From a virus (lineage: Duplodnaviria > Caudoviricetes), in IMG/VR virus record IMGVR_UViG_3300030419_006697, positions 1 to 63,851 of that record: a stretch of 63,851 bases of DNA; one strand, 5' to 3'. The translations under genes were made by a program, and so were the position numbers. The notes beneath the pieces were generated by a model. It was not told the origin of the DNA. It saw only the letters and a program-made list of their open reading frames with translations, and did no database searches. This document shows positions 1 to 10,055 of this stretch, in pieces (positions within the stretch are counted from its first letter, which is position 1; each line of letters begins with the position of its first letter).

Positions 1-1
1 T

Positions 2-754
2 GGCCAAGCCAAGCGTCTTGCCGGCGGAAACTGCGGCCCTAAGGGTTCGGGAGTTGGTTGTCTTGTGCCCTGTTTTCAAGGAAATTGTGCCAAATATAGA
101 CAAATGGCTGGCCACGACCCGGTTTGTCGCGGAGGCCCGGGCGATTTTAGCGCTGAAGGGTGTAGAGGTTTAAAATTAAATAGACTCCCGCAAGGTAGAA
201 TCGCTTCTTCTTGTCAAAATCCAATAATGGGGAGATTTTCCCGACGCAGATCCAAGCCAAGATTTATCATATTTCATACTGGTGCTTATCCAACAATAAA
301 TAAAACAATTTGTACTTTAGCCAAGAAAGGATTGAGCACTCATTATGAGATTGCTAGAGATGGCACAATATATGAATATTTTGATGCCGGCATATATCAC
401 ACTGCACACGCCGGCAAGTGGAATAAATTATCGATCGGTGTTGATCTTAATCAGCCAACTGCTAGTAGAAAAGGTGGAGCACGATTTGTACAAACACCAA
501 CATCTGCACAAATTAGGGCTTCACGAATATTAGTGGCTTATTTGTGCAACAAGTATAAAATACCAAATGTTGGCGTTCCAACAATACAGAAAAGTACGCC
601 AACGAAAAAAAGATTAATGTTCAGAGATGTTAACCATTTGTTATCTTCTGGTGTAGGTGTCGTCGGGCACTTAAACTTAAGTGGTAACCGCGCGGACCCA
701 GGAAGCCTTTTTATAATGGAAAAAGTTGCTAAAAAGGTAATATATAAGATATAA
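2..754 (+). CDS. 5'-truncated protein with C-terminal N-acetylmuramoyl-L-alanine amidase (Amidase_2-like) domain; probably baseplate-hub-associated muralytic protein
   Basis: Frame of the 65..754 ORF is open back to the window edge (GQAKRLAGGNC...). Amidase motifs IIFHTG, STHYEIARDGTIYEY, AHAG..N..SIGVD, GH......DPG. Lies directly before spike/gp25/gp6 genes. Confidence 0.8.
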   Translation, partial: GQAKRLAGGNCGPKGSGVGCLVPCFQGNCAKYRQMAGHDPVCRGGPGDFSAEGCRGLKLNRLPQGRIASSCQNPIMGRFSRRRSKPRFIIFHTGAYPTINKTICTLAKKGLSTHYEIARDGTIYEYFDAGIYHTAHAGKWNKLSIGVDLNQPTASRKGGARFVQTPTSAQIRASRILVAYLCNKYKIPNVGVPTIQKSTPTKKRLMFRDVNHLLSSGVGVVGHLNLSGNRADPGSLFIMEKVAKKVIYKI

Positions 755-779
755 ATAACATATTCTAGGAGAATGGATA

Positions 780-1733
780 GTGTTAAAAAAAGCAATTGAC
801 AGAAGCGCTATGACCAGCGAATTAAAGCAAAGTCTTAACGAGCAGCCAACAGTATTAGCTGCAGATCGAGTCGGGATTCAAGGAGATCCAATGATCCAGC
901 CACTTCCCGAATACAACAGGGGAGATAAAGACAGCATAATTGATGGTCACAATGGTGGTCAAATTGTAATGACCAGTGATCGACCAGGCGAAAAAGGCAG
1001 TGGCTACGGAAATGAAACTGGTGCAGCAACAATTGACATTGTCACAGGTAGAGCTTCGCGCGATGTTAAGGTTGGGGTGATACAGAAAAAAAGTTTACGA
1101 TTTGAAAACTTATCGATAGATCCAAATTTAGCAGCCGATGCATCAAGGATCTATATAAGCCAAAAAACAGACGTAGACGAGAACTTTGCCCTTGCGAAAG
1201 GCACAGTAGGTAACTCAAAGGCTAAAGCTGCAATTATGCTAAAGTCAGATGCAATTCGTATTGTGGCAAGAGAGGGTATAAAACTTATAACAAAAACAGA
1301 CGCGCTTAATTCGGCCGGCGCCCCAATTCGCTCTGTACCTTCAATTGATATTCTTGCAGGAAATATTGATGAAACTAGAGAACCAGCTGTTAAGGGAAAG
1401 ACCTTAAGAGTTGGTTTAGAGACAGTAATGAAAAGGATAGATGAACTTAATTCAGTGTTGGATAAGTTTATGCAGTATCAAGTTGAATTTAATACGGCGA
1501 TTCAATCGCACGATCACCCAGATTTTTTTGCTATGTTTCTCAATGGCTTAAATGGAGGCAAGTGCCCATTGAGTCCGGAGCTATTAGTGGCCGGCATTAA
1601 GGCCTCGGCCGGCCATCAAATTTCTAAGCATGACGGCGCAATGAATAAAATGAAATTAGCAGCTTCCAATAAAAACATTTCAAAGGTTTTTGGTGCAATG
1701 GAGGCTAGCAGTACAAGAGTTAATATTAATTAA
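780..1733 (+). CDS. Putative baseplate central spike protein (gp5 C-terminal/gpV-like)
   Basis: Beta-rich repeats (AIMLKSDAIRIVAREGIKLIT), HxH motif (SHDHP) near the C-terminus as in iron-binding spike tips, position in baseplate module. AGGAG 8 nt before the GTG start. Confidence 0.55.
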   Translation: MLKKAIDRSAMTSELKQSLNEQPTVLAADRVGIQGDPMIQPLPEYNRGDKDSIIDGHNGGQIVMTSDRPGEKGSGYGNETGAATIDIVTGRASRDVKVGVIQKKSLRFENLSIDPNLAADASRIYISQKTDVDENFALAKGTVGNSKAKAAIMLKSDAIRIVAREGIKLITKTDALNSAGAPIRSVPSIDILAGNIDETREPAVKGKTLRVGLETVMKRIDELNSVLDKFMQYQVEFNTAIQSHDHPDFFAMFLNGLNGGKCPLSPELLVAGIKASAGHQISKHDGAMNKMKLAASNKNISKVFGAMEASSTRVNIN

Positions 1734-1745
1734 AAAGGTTGTATT

Positions 1746-4700
1746 ATGGCTAAGGAATTATCAGTTGAAACTGCTGCCATTGGACGATGGTACGTTGGGA
1801 AAGAGTTCGAAAAACTAACCAATAAAAAAGCACTGGCTAGTCTAGGAACTTCAAAAGCAGACAAGGATCAGTATACAGTATTCAACACGTCACAAGACAC
1901 AAAAGCACCTTATTTGGCTTTACGAACCAAGCCAACGAGCGGAAAATCAGCCAAAACTATCGCACAAATGGCTGATGGAACTATAGTCCAAAAGCTTAAG
2001 GGAAAAAATACCAAAAAAGGCTCTTGGATAAAAGTAAAGATGCTGCTAGGAGTAGAAGTCGACGTCGAAGGTTGGTGTAATGCTTTTTGGCTTAAGCCTG
2101 GCGATGCAGATGGTTATTCGACCAAGCCAACTCATGAGGTATTTAACACGTCAAAAGACACAAAAGCACCTTATTTGGCTTTACGCACATTCCCAACTTC
2201 TGGCGCCGGCTCAAAAACTGCACCGGCCAAGACTATAGCCAAAATGCCTGATGGGACAAAAGTCTTCAGATTTGAAGGACCGGGCTCCAAAAAAGGAAAA
2301 TGGGTAAAAATACAAATATTATCATCTCCGGAGGTTGATCAAATTGGCCTGGCTGGATGGGCGCATAGTAAATGGTTAAAATCTATATCAGGCGACAAAG
2401 CTATAATTAGCGGAGATATATACAAAATAATAGTCCGAAATGTAGACAAAACAGATAAGAAAATCACCAAAGAATCTTTGAAAGCTTTAGAGTCTTCAAT
2501 AGAAGAAGAAGCTATACATATAATTTTATCAAATGTTAGCAAGTTAAATAAGAAAAAGATTGATGAAAATCCTCTAGGAATCAAAGAGGCGCTTAAGCCT
2601 AGCATTGATATAACTAGCGAATATGATATTTCAACTAGTAATCCAACGCAAATCAGTCATTTAGTGATATTTAAATACGGCGAAAAAGAAAAGAAGCTGA
2701 TTAAAGAAGCAGAGAACTTTGTACCACCAGAAAAGATAACACCAGTCACAAAAGAATACAGACTTTTTGAACACATCGATAATGTTAAAAAATTAGAAAC
2801 TATTGTCTCACAGGTTGTCGAAAAAATAAGAAATTCAGAGCGCGAGAAGGGTCCATATGCTTTTGATTTTAGAGCCATAGTGAGCAATGCTAAAGTTTAT
2901 TCACAATATATAGAGTCTTTAGAGGACCCTTTTCAAAATGCTGTAGATCAAGGCGTTAAAGAATTTGATTTAAGTAATCCAACGTTAAAAGGGTCTTATA
3001 AGAAATATGTTAGCGATTATGACGGCGGCGACATATCAGATGACTTTGAAATATATATTAAATATAGTTTTTCAGTTCCAGAGACTAGAAAACCAGAAAT
3101 TGAATTACTTGAAGTTCGCTATAATGAGCCTTCTGAAGAAAACAAAATTAAAACTTCAATAAAAGATGGCGCCACACATCAAGTGGCCAATACATCAAAA
3201 GATACAAAAGCACCTTATTTAGCTTTACGTACAAAACCATCTGGCGCGACCGGCGCCGCAGCAAAGAAGAAGAATGTCAAAACAGTTGCTAAAATGCCTG
3301 ATGGAACAAGAATAAAGCAATTAAAAAGCAAAAAAGGAAAGCCAATTAGCAAAGGAAACTGGATTAAGGCACAAATAGTGGACCTTAACAGCAACGACAA
3401 GGGCCTAGAAGGCTGGGCAAGCCAGGGTGGAAATTTTTTAACAAAAGTAGAATCTTCAGAAGTAGAATTGTGGAGACCTTGGAAAGATCCTTCACTGGTG
3501 GTATTGGGTTTGGATATCAAGAAACACCTTGATCCTTATTTTGTTAATTTAATTTTCAACATTCAGGATATTATGTCAATTGACCCTAATTCAATTACAG
3601 AAACGATAGCGGAAGAATTTGTAGAAAAGTATTTTATTAAGCCATCTCTAACAAGATTTGAAGCCCCTGAAGAAGCAAAGCGAGTTTACAATAGCGGTAA
3701 AATAAATTACAAAAACGAAACTGATCTAGAAAGAGAAACTTTAAGTGATGAGATAAAAAACAAGATACACAAAAGACTATTACTCAAGTATAACAATGTA
3801 GCTGATCAAGCCTTTTTATCTATGCTTAAGGATGTTGCATCAATTAAAACGCTGGAAGATATCTATGAAAAGGTTTTAAATGCCATTCCAACAACGGAAC
3901 TTATCAAGATGGTGGCAGAATGCTTGATGAAGGCTATTCCACTGCCTGATATTAAGCGTATGATATGTGATAGCGTATTTAGTGTTTTATCGCAAGATGA
4001 TTTAAACAAACTGCTGAGCTATTTAGGCACTTCTAATTCTGAAGTAGCACAGAAAATTAAAACAAAAATTGATCAATTGATAATAGAAAAGGGAGGTTTC
4101 AATGATCAAATTGGCTCTCTAATATCAGAGTCTATAACAAATCTTGAAGAAAAAGATGTTTTATGTGCAGCTGTATTAGCTGCGATTCCAGCAGCTATAG
4201 CTCTCTTGGCAACTATGACTGATCAAGATTTGGAAAAGCTTGGCAGAGACTTGTTGACTAATAAGATACTAAACCCTGCGCAGGACTTTTTAATTACATT
4301 ACAAAAAAGGATCGATCAATATTCAATAACTGGTATTACTGACGGCTGGAAGACTTTAATAGAACAGTTGATTGATAGCTTTATAGAAGAATTCATCGTT
4401 AAAACAACACAGCAAATATTGCAAGAATTGGCTTATTTATGTGAAGGTTCATCAAAATCAGATTTATCCGGAATGGGAAAAGCAAGTGATTTGCCACAAT
4501 CCATTAATGGTTTTCCACCGACTTTCCCATACCAGCCATTTGACTTAACGGAAGCTATTGATGCGACTGATAATGATGAAGCATATAATGACATAATCGA
4601 TGCATTATTGGATGAAGATATATCTCCCGAACTCATTAAAGAGTTTCTAGATGACTTAACATCACTGTTAACGGTGTCCGAGATATGTACCTTGTTGAAT

Positions 4701-7700
4701 GAAGATTCTAATAGTATCAACAGGGATTATATTCTTAATAAAGTTTGGTCATTTTTATCAAGTGAAGAAAAATATAAAGTTTTAGTTTCGAAACTTGGAA
4801 ATATCTCTCAATTGAGGCAGTTGTTTTATTTACTGTCTTTACGGCTTGATCTGGATTACTGCGTGCAGCAAACTAGAGCACTAGACGCAACAAAAAAAGT
4901 GTTAGCAGATATCTGTGGGCCTATTTCCAATGATGATTATATTGATCGTTTAAATGACAAGGCCGCTCAAGAAGTTATTGATGATTTGTTAAACAAAGAA
5001 GATGCCATAGCGTCAGGACTATTGGACAACTTGTTGAATTTTACAGATCCGTCTAGAATAACTGCTCAATTACCTCCTTTATTTTGTGGACCAGAAACGC
5101 AAGTTAATTCGAAGCCTCCTTTGTTCCTCTCACATCAACACGACAGTGAGAAATATTTAGCAGAAAAAATTATAAAACAAACTTTAAGCGGTATAGAAAA
5201 GCAATTTGAGCAAGATATATCATTTTTTAAAGGTATATTTCTTGCGCCTACAAATGAATTGACCAAAGTCATTGGAGATGCGAATAGTTTTAAAAATGCA
5301 ATGGCTTCGATTTATTCGTTAGCTGAATTAGTTAAAGGCATTAGTCCTCCAGAAAATCCTGAAGCATTTTACAACACACTCACTGAAAAGGGCACATTTA
5401 TTGCCCAATCAGTATATGACTTGCTTGTAAGTGCAGCAAATACAATAACAGTGTCTGGTCAAACAAATGAAGATTTTTTGAGAATTTTCGCGCAGCCTTC
5501 AATCACTGATGATACTCAATTATCGCTTAATTTTAATTACGGGGATGATGTACAGGTAACGTCTGGTCAAATAGAAGTAGAACCAAAGACGTCAAAGATG
5601 ATTGTCAACATTGTTGATGAAGAGCTTGATAGTGATTTGAGCGATGATCCATATAACAATTTTGCCAATAATGTTATTAATTCCTTTGGTTCCGGTGAAT
5701 ATGATCAAGAAATAAAAAGTACCGTAGTTGATGGTTTAGAATTTTATGGCTTTTTGTTGAAAACTATCATTATAGAGCACGCGGAATATATAACCCAGCA
5801 AGATTTATTTAAGCGAGCCAATTTTGACAAACTACAGCTGAATAAAGAAATTTGCACCAAATCCATATTATTTGGTGATGATATTTTAGAGAAAACACAA
5901 GAATACACTGATATGTTGGAATGTAAAAAAGACTTCACTAGTGTTCCTTTGGTCTTTGAGATAGTGCAAATTAATATGTATGTTCAAATTCTTATAAGGC
6001 TCGTTCTTATAGAAGAAATGCTAAAGAGTATATTTGTCTTCGCAACATTTAACATCGATTCTTTGCTCCCAGAAAATAATATTGAATCGTTCTATTATAG
6101 ATATTTATCTTCTCAAGTTGACAAGCGATTGTATGGCTTTTCTGAATTTGAGACAGTAAATTACAACATCAGCCAAGTAATAGCTAAATATTCTACACAG
6201 GTATATGCCGCCACGCAGAATTTAGACATTAAAGCAGATATTTCACAAGATGAAGAAATGTTTATGAAAACCAAAGAATGGCTTTTTGCCGAAGCCTTTT
6301 TAGCCGTTAGAAACGAATTTGCTGAAAAGCTAAAAGAATCAAATTTATTCACACCAGCCACATCCGATGCGGTTTTGGAAGAAGAATTTATTGCTGATGG
6401 GGATGCTCCATCATTTGAAGTGTTAACAAACATAATTTCTCCGAAGCGCTATAATCCTCCAACTATTAAAGACTTGGATTATAAAAATAAAAAGATAATT
6501 GTAGGAAAAGGTACTTATTCGTCAGATCAGAGATTGGTTAATGGTGGTTTTTTTGTTGAAACTGGTTATAAGATTGTGCCTAAATTATCATATGATGCAA
6601 GTCCGCTTGTTAATGAGGAATTCCCGGGATTATTGTTGACGATTGCGGACGTTGTAGCTTTAGCACCTGCAAAAAACCATCCTTATAGACAATTGTTTAA
6701 TATTTTTAATTTAAACGCATTAACCAAAGATGTTGAAAATTTGTATTTTAATGTAACAAAAAAATCAGTTAAAGAGAAACTGGTAGACACAGAAGATGTA
6801 CAATATTTTAATAATATCGGGAATATAAGCTCCGATTCGTATGGAATAGCTTTTCCAACTAGTCCTTTAAATGCGGATTATCTATTGGAACAGCACACAC
6901 AGCTGCAAAAACAAACAGCGCTGAACGTGGGCTTCCCGGAAGATCTTTTAGGTCAGTTAGAAGTGGCTTTGAGCGAAAACAAGGTTTTCAAACAATATAC
7001 CGATTATTATAGCCTAAATCTTCTTTTAAGAGTTGATGATCCTGCAGGCATAATGTTTGAAAAATATAACCAGCTGGTCAATAAAATTGTAGAATTGGAA
7101 CTTGGTGATTTACCGCTTCTTAATGAATTTGTGTCTTTTCACGATTCAATATTGGATAAAAAATATTTTATTCAAGAAGAAGATGGTCCACTGTATTTTA
7201 AATTGCCAATATTGGTTTATTATCCGTTTGAAGAAAATAATTCCGGTCTTTCTGATTTAGGCAAGATAAACGTCCTAGCATCTGAATTTTCAGATGCCGT
7301 GGATGATGAAGTTAGTCAAAGCTTAAAAGAAGACATTGCAACACAAGTATTGTTCAAAGATTTGATTAAGGTTATAAACTATAAAGATATTTTGTCTTAT
7401 CTGTCGATGATTATAACTGAAACTTTAGAACAGCAATACCCCAAATTAAGCACTGTTTTTGACAAGTCTTTTTTGACTACTTTAAGTGCATTAACTCCGC
7501 TTTTAGCGAATGCTGAAAGAGATATTAACCCAAATTATTATCAAGAAGATGCCACTTCTCAAATAGATGCTAGTGATCCAAGCGCAGATTGGCTGCCTTT
7601 AATAATGAAAGAGTTTTTAAAAACCATAGCCAATATGGTTGACCCCACTTGGAAAACGCCTTGGTTCGCACCAGGCCCATTTACACCTTTTGGCATAGCA

Positions 7701-7820
7701 GCAAAAGTATTAGATGGCGAAATGGGAGAAAATGATCCCGCCAATACTGCTGGCCCTGCATTGATAAAAACAACTTCTTTAGAAGATGCCGATTGTTTAG
7801 ACTCTGATAAAAAAGAATAA
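1746..7820 (+). CDS. 2024-aa virion/baseplate-associated protein with three SH3b-like repeats
   Basis: Three copies of V.NTS.DTKAPYLALRT.P...K..A.M.DGT....W.K......GW (SH3b signature). Remainder helical/acidic, no recognisable family. Confidence 0.65.
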   Translation: MAKELSVETAAIGRWYVGKEFEKLTNKKALASLGTSKADKDQYTVFNTSQDTKAPYLALRTKPTSGKSAKTIAQMADGTIVQKLKGKNTKKGSWIKVKMLLGVEVDVEGWCNAFWLKPGDADGYSTKPTHEVFNTSKDTKAPYLALRTFPTSGAGSKTAPAKTIAKMPDGTKVFRFEGPGSKKGKWVKIQILSSPEVDQIGLAGWAHSKWLKSISGDKAIISGDIYKIIVRNVDKTDKKITKESLKALESSIEEEAIHIILSNVSKLNKKKIDENPLGIKEALKPSIDITSEYDISTSNPTQISHLVIFKYGEKEKKLIKEAENFVPPEKITPVTKEYRLFEHIDNVKKLETIVSQVVEKIRNSEREKGPYAFDFRAIVSNAKVYSQYIESLEDPFQNAVDQGVKEFDLSNPTLKGSYKKYVSDYDGGDISDDFEIYIKYSFSVPETRKPEIELLEVRYNEPSEENKIKTSIKDGATHQVANTSKDTKAPYLALRTKPSGATGAAAKKKNVKTVAKMPDGTRIKQLKSKKGKPISKGNWIKAQIVDLNSNDKGLEGWASQGGNFLTKVESSEVELWRPWKDPSLVVLGLDIKKHLDPYFVNLIFNIQDIMSIDPNSITETIAEEFVEKYFIKPSLTRFEAPEEAKRVYNSGKINYKNETDLERETLSDEIKNKIHKRLLLKYNNVADQAFLSMLKDVASIKTLEDIYEKVLNAIPTTELIKMVAECLMKAIPLPDIKRMICDSVFSVLSQDDLNKLLSYLGTSNSEVAQKIKTKIDQLIIEKGGFNDQIGSLISESITNLEEKDVLCAAVLAAIPAAIALLATMTDQDLEKLGRDLLTNKILNPAQDFLITLQKRIDQYSITGITDGWKTLIEQLIDSFIEEFIVKTTQQILQELAYLCEGSSKSDLSGMGKASDLPQSINGFPPTFPYQPFDLTEAIDATDNDEAYNDIIDALLDEDISPELIKEFLDDLTSLLTVSEICTLLNEDSNSINRDYILNKVWSFLSSEEKYKVLVSKLGNISQLRQLFYLLSLRLDLDYCVQQTRALDATKKVLADICGPISNDDYIDRLNDKAAQEVIDDLLNKEDAIASGLLDNLLNFTDPSRITAQLPPLFCGPETQVNSKPPLFLSHQHDSEKYLAEKIIKQTLSGIEKQFEQDISFFKGIFLAPTNELTKVIGDANSFKNAMASIYSLAELVKGISPPENPEAFYNTLTEKGTFIAQSVYDLLVSAANTITVSGQTNEDFLRIFAQPSITDDTQLSLNFNYGDDVQVTSGQIEVEPKTSKMIVNIVDEELDSDLSDDPYNNFANNVINSFGSGEYDQEIKSTVVDGLEFYGFLLKTIIIEHAEYITQQDLFKRANFDKLQLNKEICTKSILFGDDILEKTQEYTDMLECKKDFTSVPLVFEIVQINMYVQILIRLVLIEEMLKSIFVFATFNIDSLLPENNIESFYYRYLSSQVDKRLYGFSEFETVNYNISQVIAKYSTQVYAATQNLDIKADISQDEEMFMKTKEWLFAEAFLAVRNEFAEKLKESNLFTPATSDAVLEEEFIADGDAPSFEVLTNIISPKRYNPPTIKDLDYKNKKIIVGKGTYSSDQRLVNGGFFVETGYKIVPKLSYDASPLVNEEFPGLLLTIADVVALAPAKNHPYRQLFNIFNLNALTKDVENLYFNVTKKSVKEKLVDTEDVQYFNNIGNISSDSYGIAFPTSPLNADYLLEQHTQLQKQTALNVGFPEDLLGQLEVALSENKVFKQYTDYYSLNLLLRVDDPAGIMFEKYNQLVNKIVELELGDLPLLNEFVSFHDSILDKKYFIQEEDGPLYFKLPILVYYPFEENNSGLSDLGKINVLASEFSDAVDDEVSQSLKEDIATQVLFKDLIKVINYKDILSYLSMIITETLEQQYPKLSTVFDKSFLTTLSALTPLLANAERDINPNYYQEDATSQIDASDPSADWLPLIMKEFLKTIANMVDPTWKTPWFAPGPFTPFGIAAKVLDGEMGENDPANTAGPALIKTTSLEDADCLDSDKKE
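1878..3445 (+). repeat. Three intragenic SH3b-like repeat units (~1878-2096, ~2139-2380, ~3183-3445)
   Basis: Near-identical DNA acaaaagcaccttattt(g/a)gctttacg at the start of each unit. Confidence 0.85.
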
Positions 7821-7848
7821 AAAACTACTTATTGAGAGAGGTTGATAT

Positions 7849-8244
7849 ATGGCAATCGGTTATGATGCAGAATTACCTTTAAAGTATAATTCGGTCGACG
7901 GTTTTTACGCATTAAGCAAGACAATAAAAGACAACATTCAGCAAAACATTCGAATGCTGATGCTAACTACACCAGGTGAAAGAATGATGCTACCAGGATA
8001 TGGTGTTGGTCTTCGAAATTATTTATTTGAAATCGCCCCGGAAAGACAAATATTTGACAAAATCAAAGAACAGCTTGATTTGTTTTTGCCTGAAATTCGT
8101 GTAGTATCTTTGAATATAAAAAAAGGTCAAAATTTAATGTCAAGTACCGGCCAAGATAATTCATTATTCATTCGTATGGAATATTTAATACCAGATACAG
8201 ATTTGCTTCAAACATTTCAACTGCTAGAAACAAGTATAATGTAA
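7849..8244 (+). CDS. Baseplate wedge subunit, T4 gp25/GPW-like
   Basis: LTTPGERMMLPGYGVGLRNYLFE signature, 131 aa, precedes gp6-like gene. Confidence 0.9.
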   Translation: MAIGYDAELPLKYNSVDGFYALSKTIKDNIQQNIRMLMLTTPGERMMLPGYGVGLRNYLFEIAPERQIFDKIKEQLDLFLPEIRVVSLNIKKGQNLMSSTGQDNSLFIRMEYLIPDTDLLQTFQLLETSIM

Positions 8245-8261
8245 ATTTAAGAGGATGAGAG

Positions 8262-10055
8262 ATGTCCAACAAAAAACCAGCAATTGATTACACAAGTAGA
8301 GACTTTACTAGTCTTAAGTTAGATTTAGTAAATTATGCAAGAAGATATTATCCAGACCAGTTTAGAGATTTTACTGCTAATTCATTTGGATCATTAATGT
8401 TAGACACCGTATCGTATGTTGGCGACATTCTCTCTTTCTACCTAGACTATCAGACAAACGAATCATTTTTGTCTACTGCAATAGACTACAACAATATTCT
8501 TAAGCTGGCTAGACAGTTTGGGTATAAACCACGCTTATCACCATCTTCATATGGAGTATTGACTTTTTTCTTACTAATACCGTCAACTAATGGGACGCCA
8601 GATTATGATTACGCGCCGATCTTGAAAAGAGGTAGTGTTTTTAGAACTGGGACTGGAAATTTATTTACATTACTTGAAGATATTAATTTTGCTGATGTAA
8701 CCAAGACTGAAACAGTGGTTGGAGACGTTGATTCTGCCACCGGTGTTCCTACAAGCTTTGCAGTTAGAGCCAGAGGCCAAGCTGTATCTGGAGAATTAAA
8801 TACAATTACTATAGAGGTTGGAGAGTATGAAAAATTCAGAAGGTTACCCATTTCAGATAGTAACATTACAGAAATTGTCTCTGTTGTAGACTCTGAAGGA
8901 AATGTGTATACCGAGGTGGATTATTTGACACAAAATACAATATACGTTCCGATAATAAATCGAAACGAAGATAGAACCACTGTTGCAAACATTCTAAAGC
9001 CAATATCAGTACCTAGAAGATTTGTAGTGGAGAAAGAACAAGATCAGGTAATTTTGCAGTTTGGGTTTGGTACAAATGAAGATGAGGAAAGAATAATAAA
9101 TCCAAGTAACGTGATTATAGAACAACACGGCAAGCAATACATCTCCGATGACTCTTTCGATCCGGCTGCCTTGATCAAGACTGATCGTTTAGGTGTTAGC
9201 CCTTCCGATACTGTTTTGGTTATAACATATCGTGTTAATTCTGCGGAAGACACAAATGCTTCAGTTGGTATTATAAATCAAATAGTTGATCCTTTGTTTG
9301 AATTTAATTCATCTGCTAACTTACTATCAACATCAATTGCGGACGTTCGGTCTAGTTTGGAAGTTATCAACGAAGAAGCGTTTATAGGAGATGTACCATT
9401 TCCCGATTCTCAAGAAATAAAAACTAGAGCTTTTGGGGCATATAGTATGCAAAATCGAATTGTTACAAAACAAGATTTTATGGCAGCTGCTTATGGAATG
9501 CCTTCTAAATTTGGTGCAATTAAGAAAGTTAATGTACTACAAGATAGCGATAGCTTTAATCAACGAAATATAAATATGTATGTGCTTTCTGAAGACAGCA
9601 TTGGCGATCTAACTATTGCCAACAATACCATTAAAAATAATTTAAAAACTTGGCTCTCTAGGTATAAGATGATCAACGATACGATTGATATTTTGGATGC
9701 TAATATTATTAATTTGCAAATTGGCTTTAAAGTGGTGTCGTTTCCAGATACTAACAAATTCTCCTCTTTGCAGGTTGCGAAAGACGATTTACAATCCTTT
9801 TTTGTTAACAGGAATGGTTATGACATAGGCGAACCGTTTAGTATAACTGACATATATGCCGTGCTCAAAAATTCATTAGCAATACTTGACGTTATAGAGG
9901 TCAATGTTGAGGTATTATCTGGCGGTGTTTATTCTGATTCGAATTTTTCTGTGGCTATTAATAAATCTGGCGACGGCCGTAAAATATTTTGCCCAGAAGA
10001 TTCTTGTTTCGAAATCAAATTTCCTGATTCGGATATTATAGGAACCATAGTATAA
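8262..10055 (+). CDS. Baseplate wedge protein, T4 gp6/baseplate J-like
   Basis: N-terminal IDYTSRDFTSLK..L..Y...YYPD.F.DF and later QNRIVTKQDF motif. Confidence 0.88.
   Translation: MSNKKPAIDYTSRDFTSLKLDLVNYARRYYPDQFRDFTANSFGSLMLDTVSYVGDILSFYLDYQTNESFLSTAIDYNNILKLARQFGYKPRLSPSSYGVLTFFLLIPSTNGTPDYDYAPILKRGSVFRTGTGNLFTLLEDINFADVTKTETVVGDVDSATGVPTSFAVRARGQAVSGELNTITIEVGEYEKFRRLPISDSNITEIVSVVDSEGNVYTEVDYLTQNTIYVPIINRNEDRTTVANILKPISVPRRFVVEKEQDQVILQFGFGTNEDEERIINPSNVIIEQHGKQYISDDSFDPAALIKTDRLGVSPSDTVLVITYRVNSAEDTNASVGIINQIVDPLFEFNSSANLLSTSIADVRSSLEVINEEAFIGDVPFPDSQEIKTRAFGAYSMQNRIVTKQDFMAAAYGMPSKFGAIKKVNVLQDSDSFNQRNINMYVLSEDSIGDLTIANNTIKNNLKTWLSRYKMINDTIDILDANIINLQIGFKVVSFPDTNKFSSLQVAKDDLQSFFVNRNGYDIGEPFSITDIYAVLKNSLAILDVIEVNVEVLSGGVYSDSNFSVAINKSGDGRKIFCPEDSCFEIKFPDSDIIGTIV

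Noticed and set aside
750-757. T4-type late promoter TATAAATA (also 25169 and 59029)
   Set aside because: Few copies in very AT-rich DNA, one overlapping ACTACTTA; ACTAHTTA explains the intergenic pattern better. Not fully excluded.
773-799. ATG at 773 as start of the spike gene via frameshift on the A7 run
   Set aside because: That frame stops after 8 codons, and GTG 780 has a well-spaced AGGAG, so no frameshift is needed.
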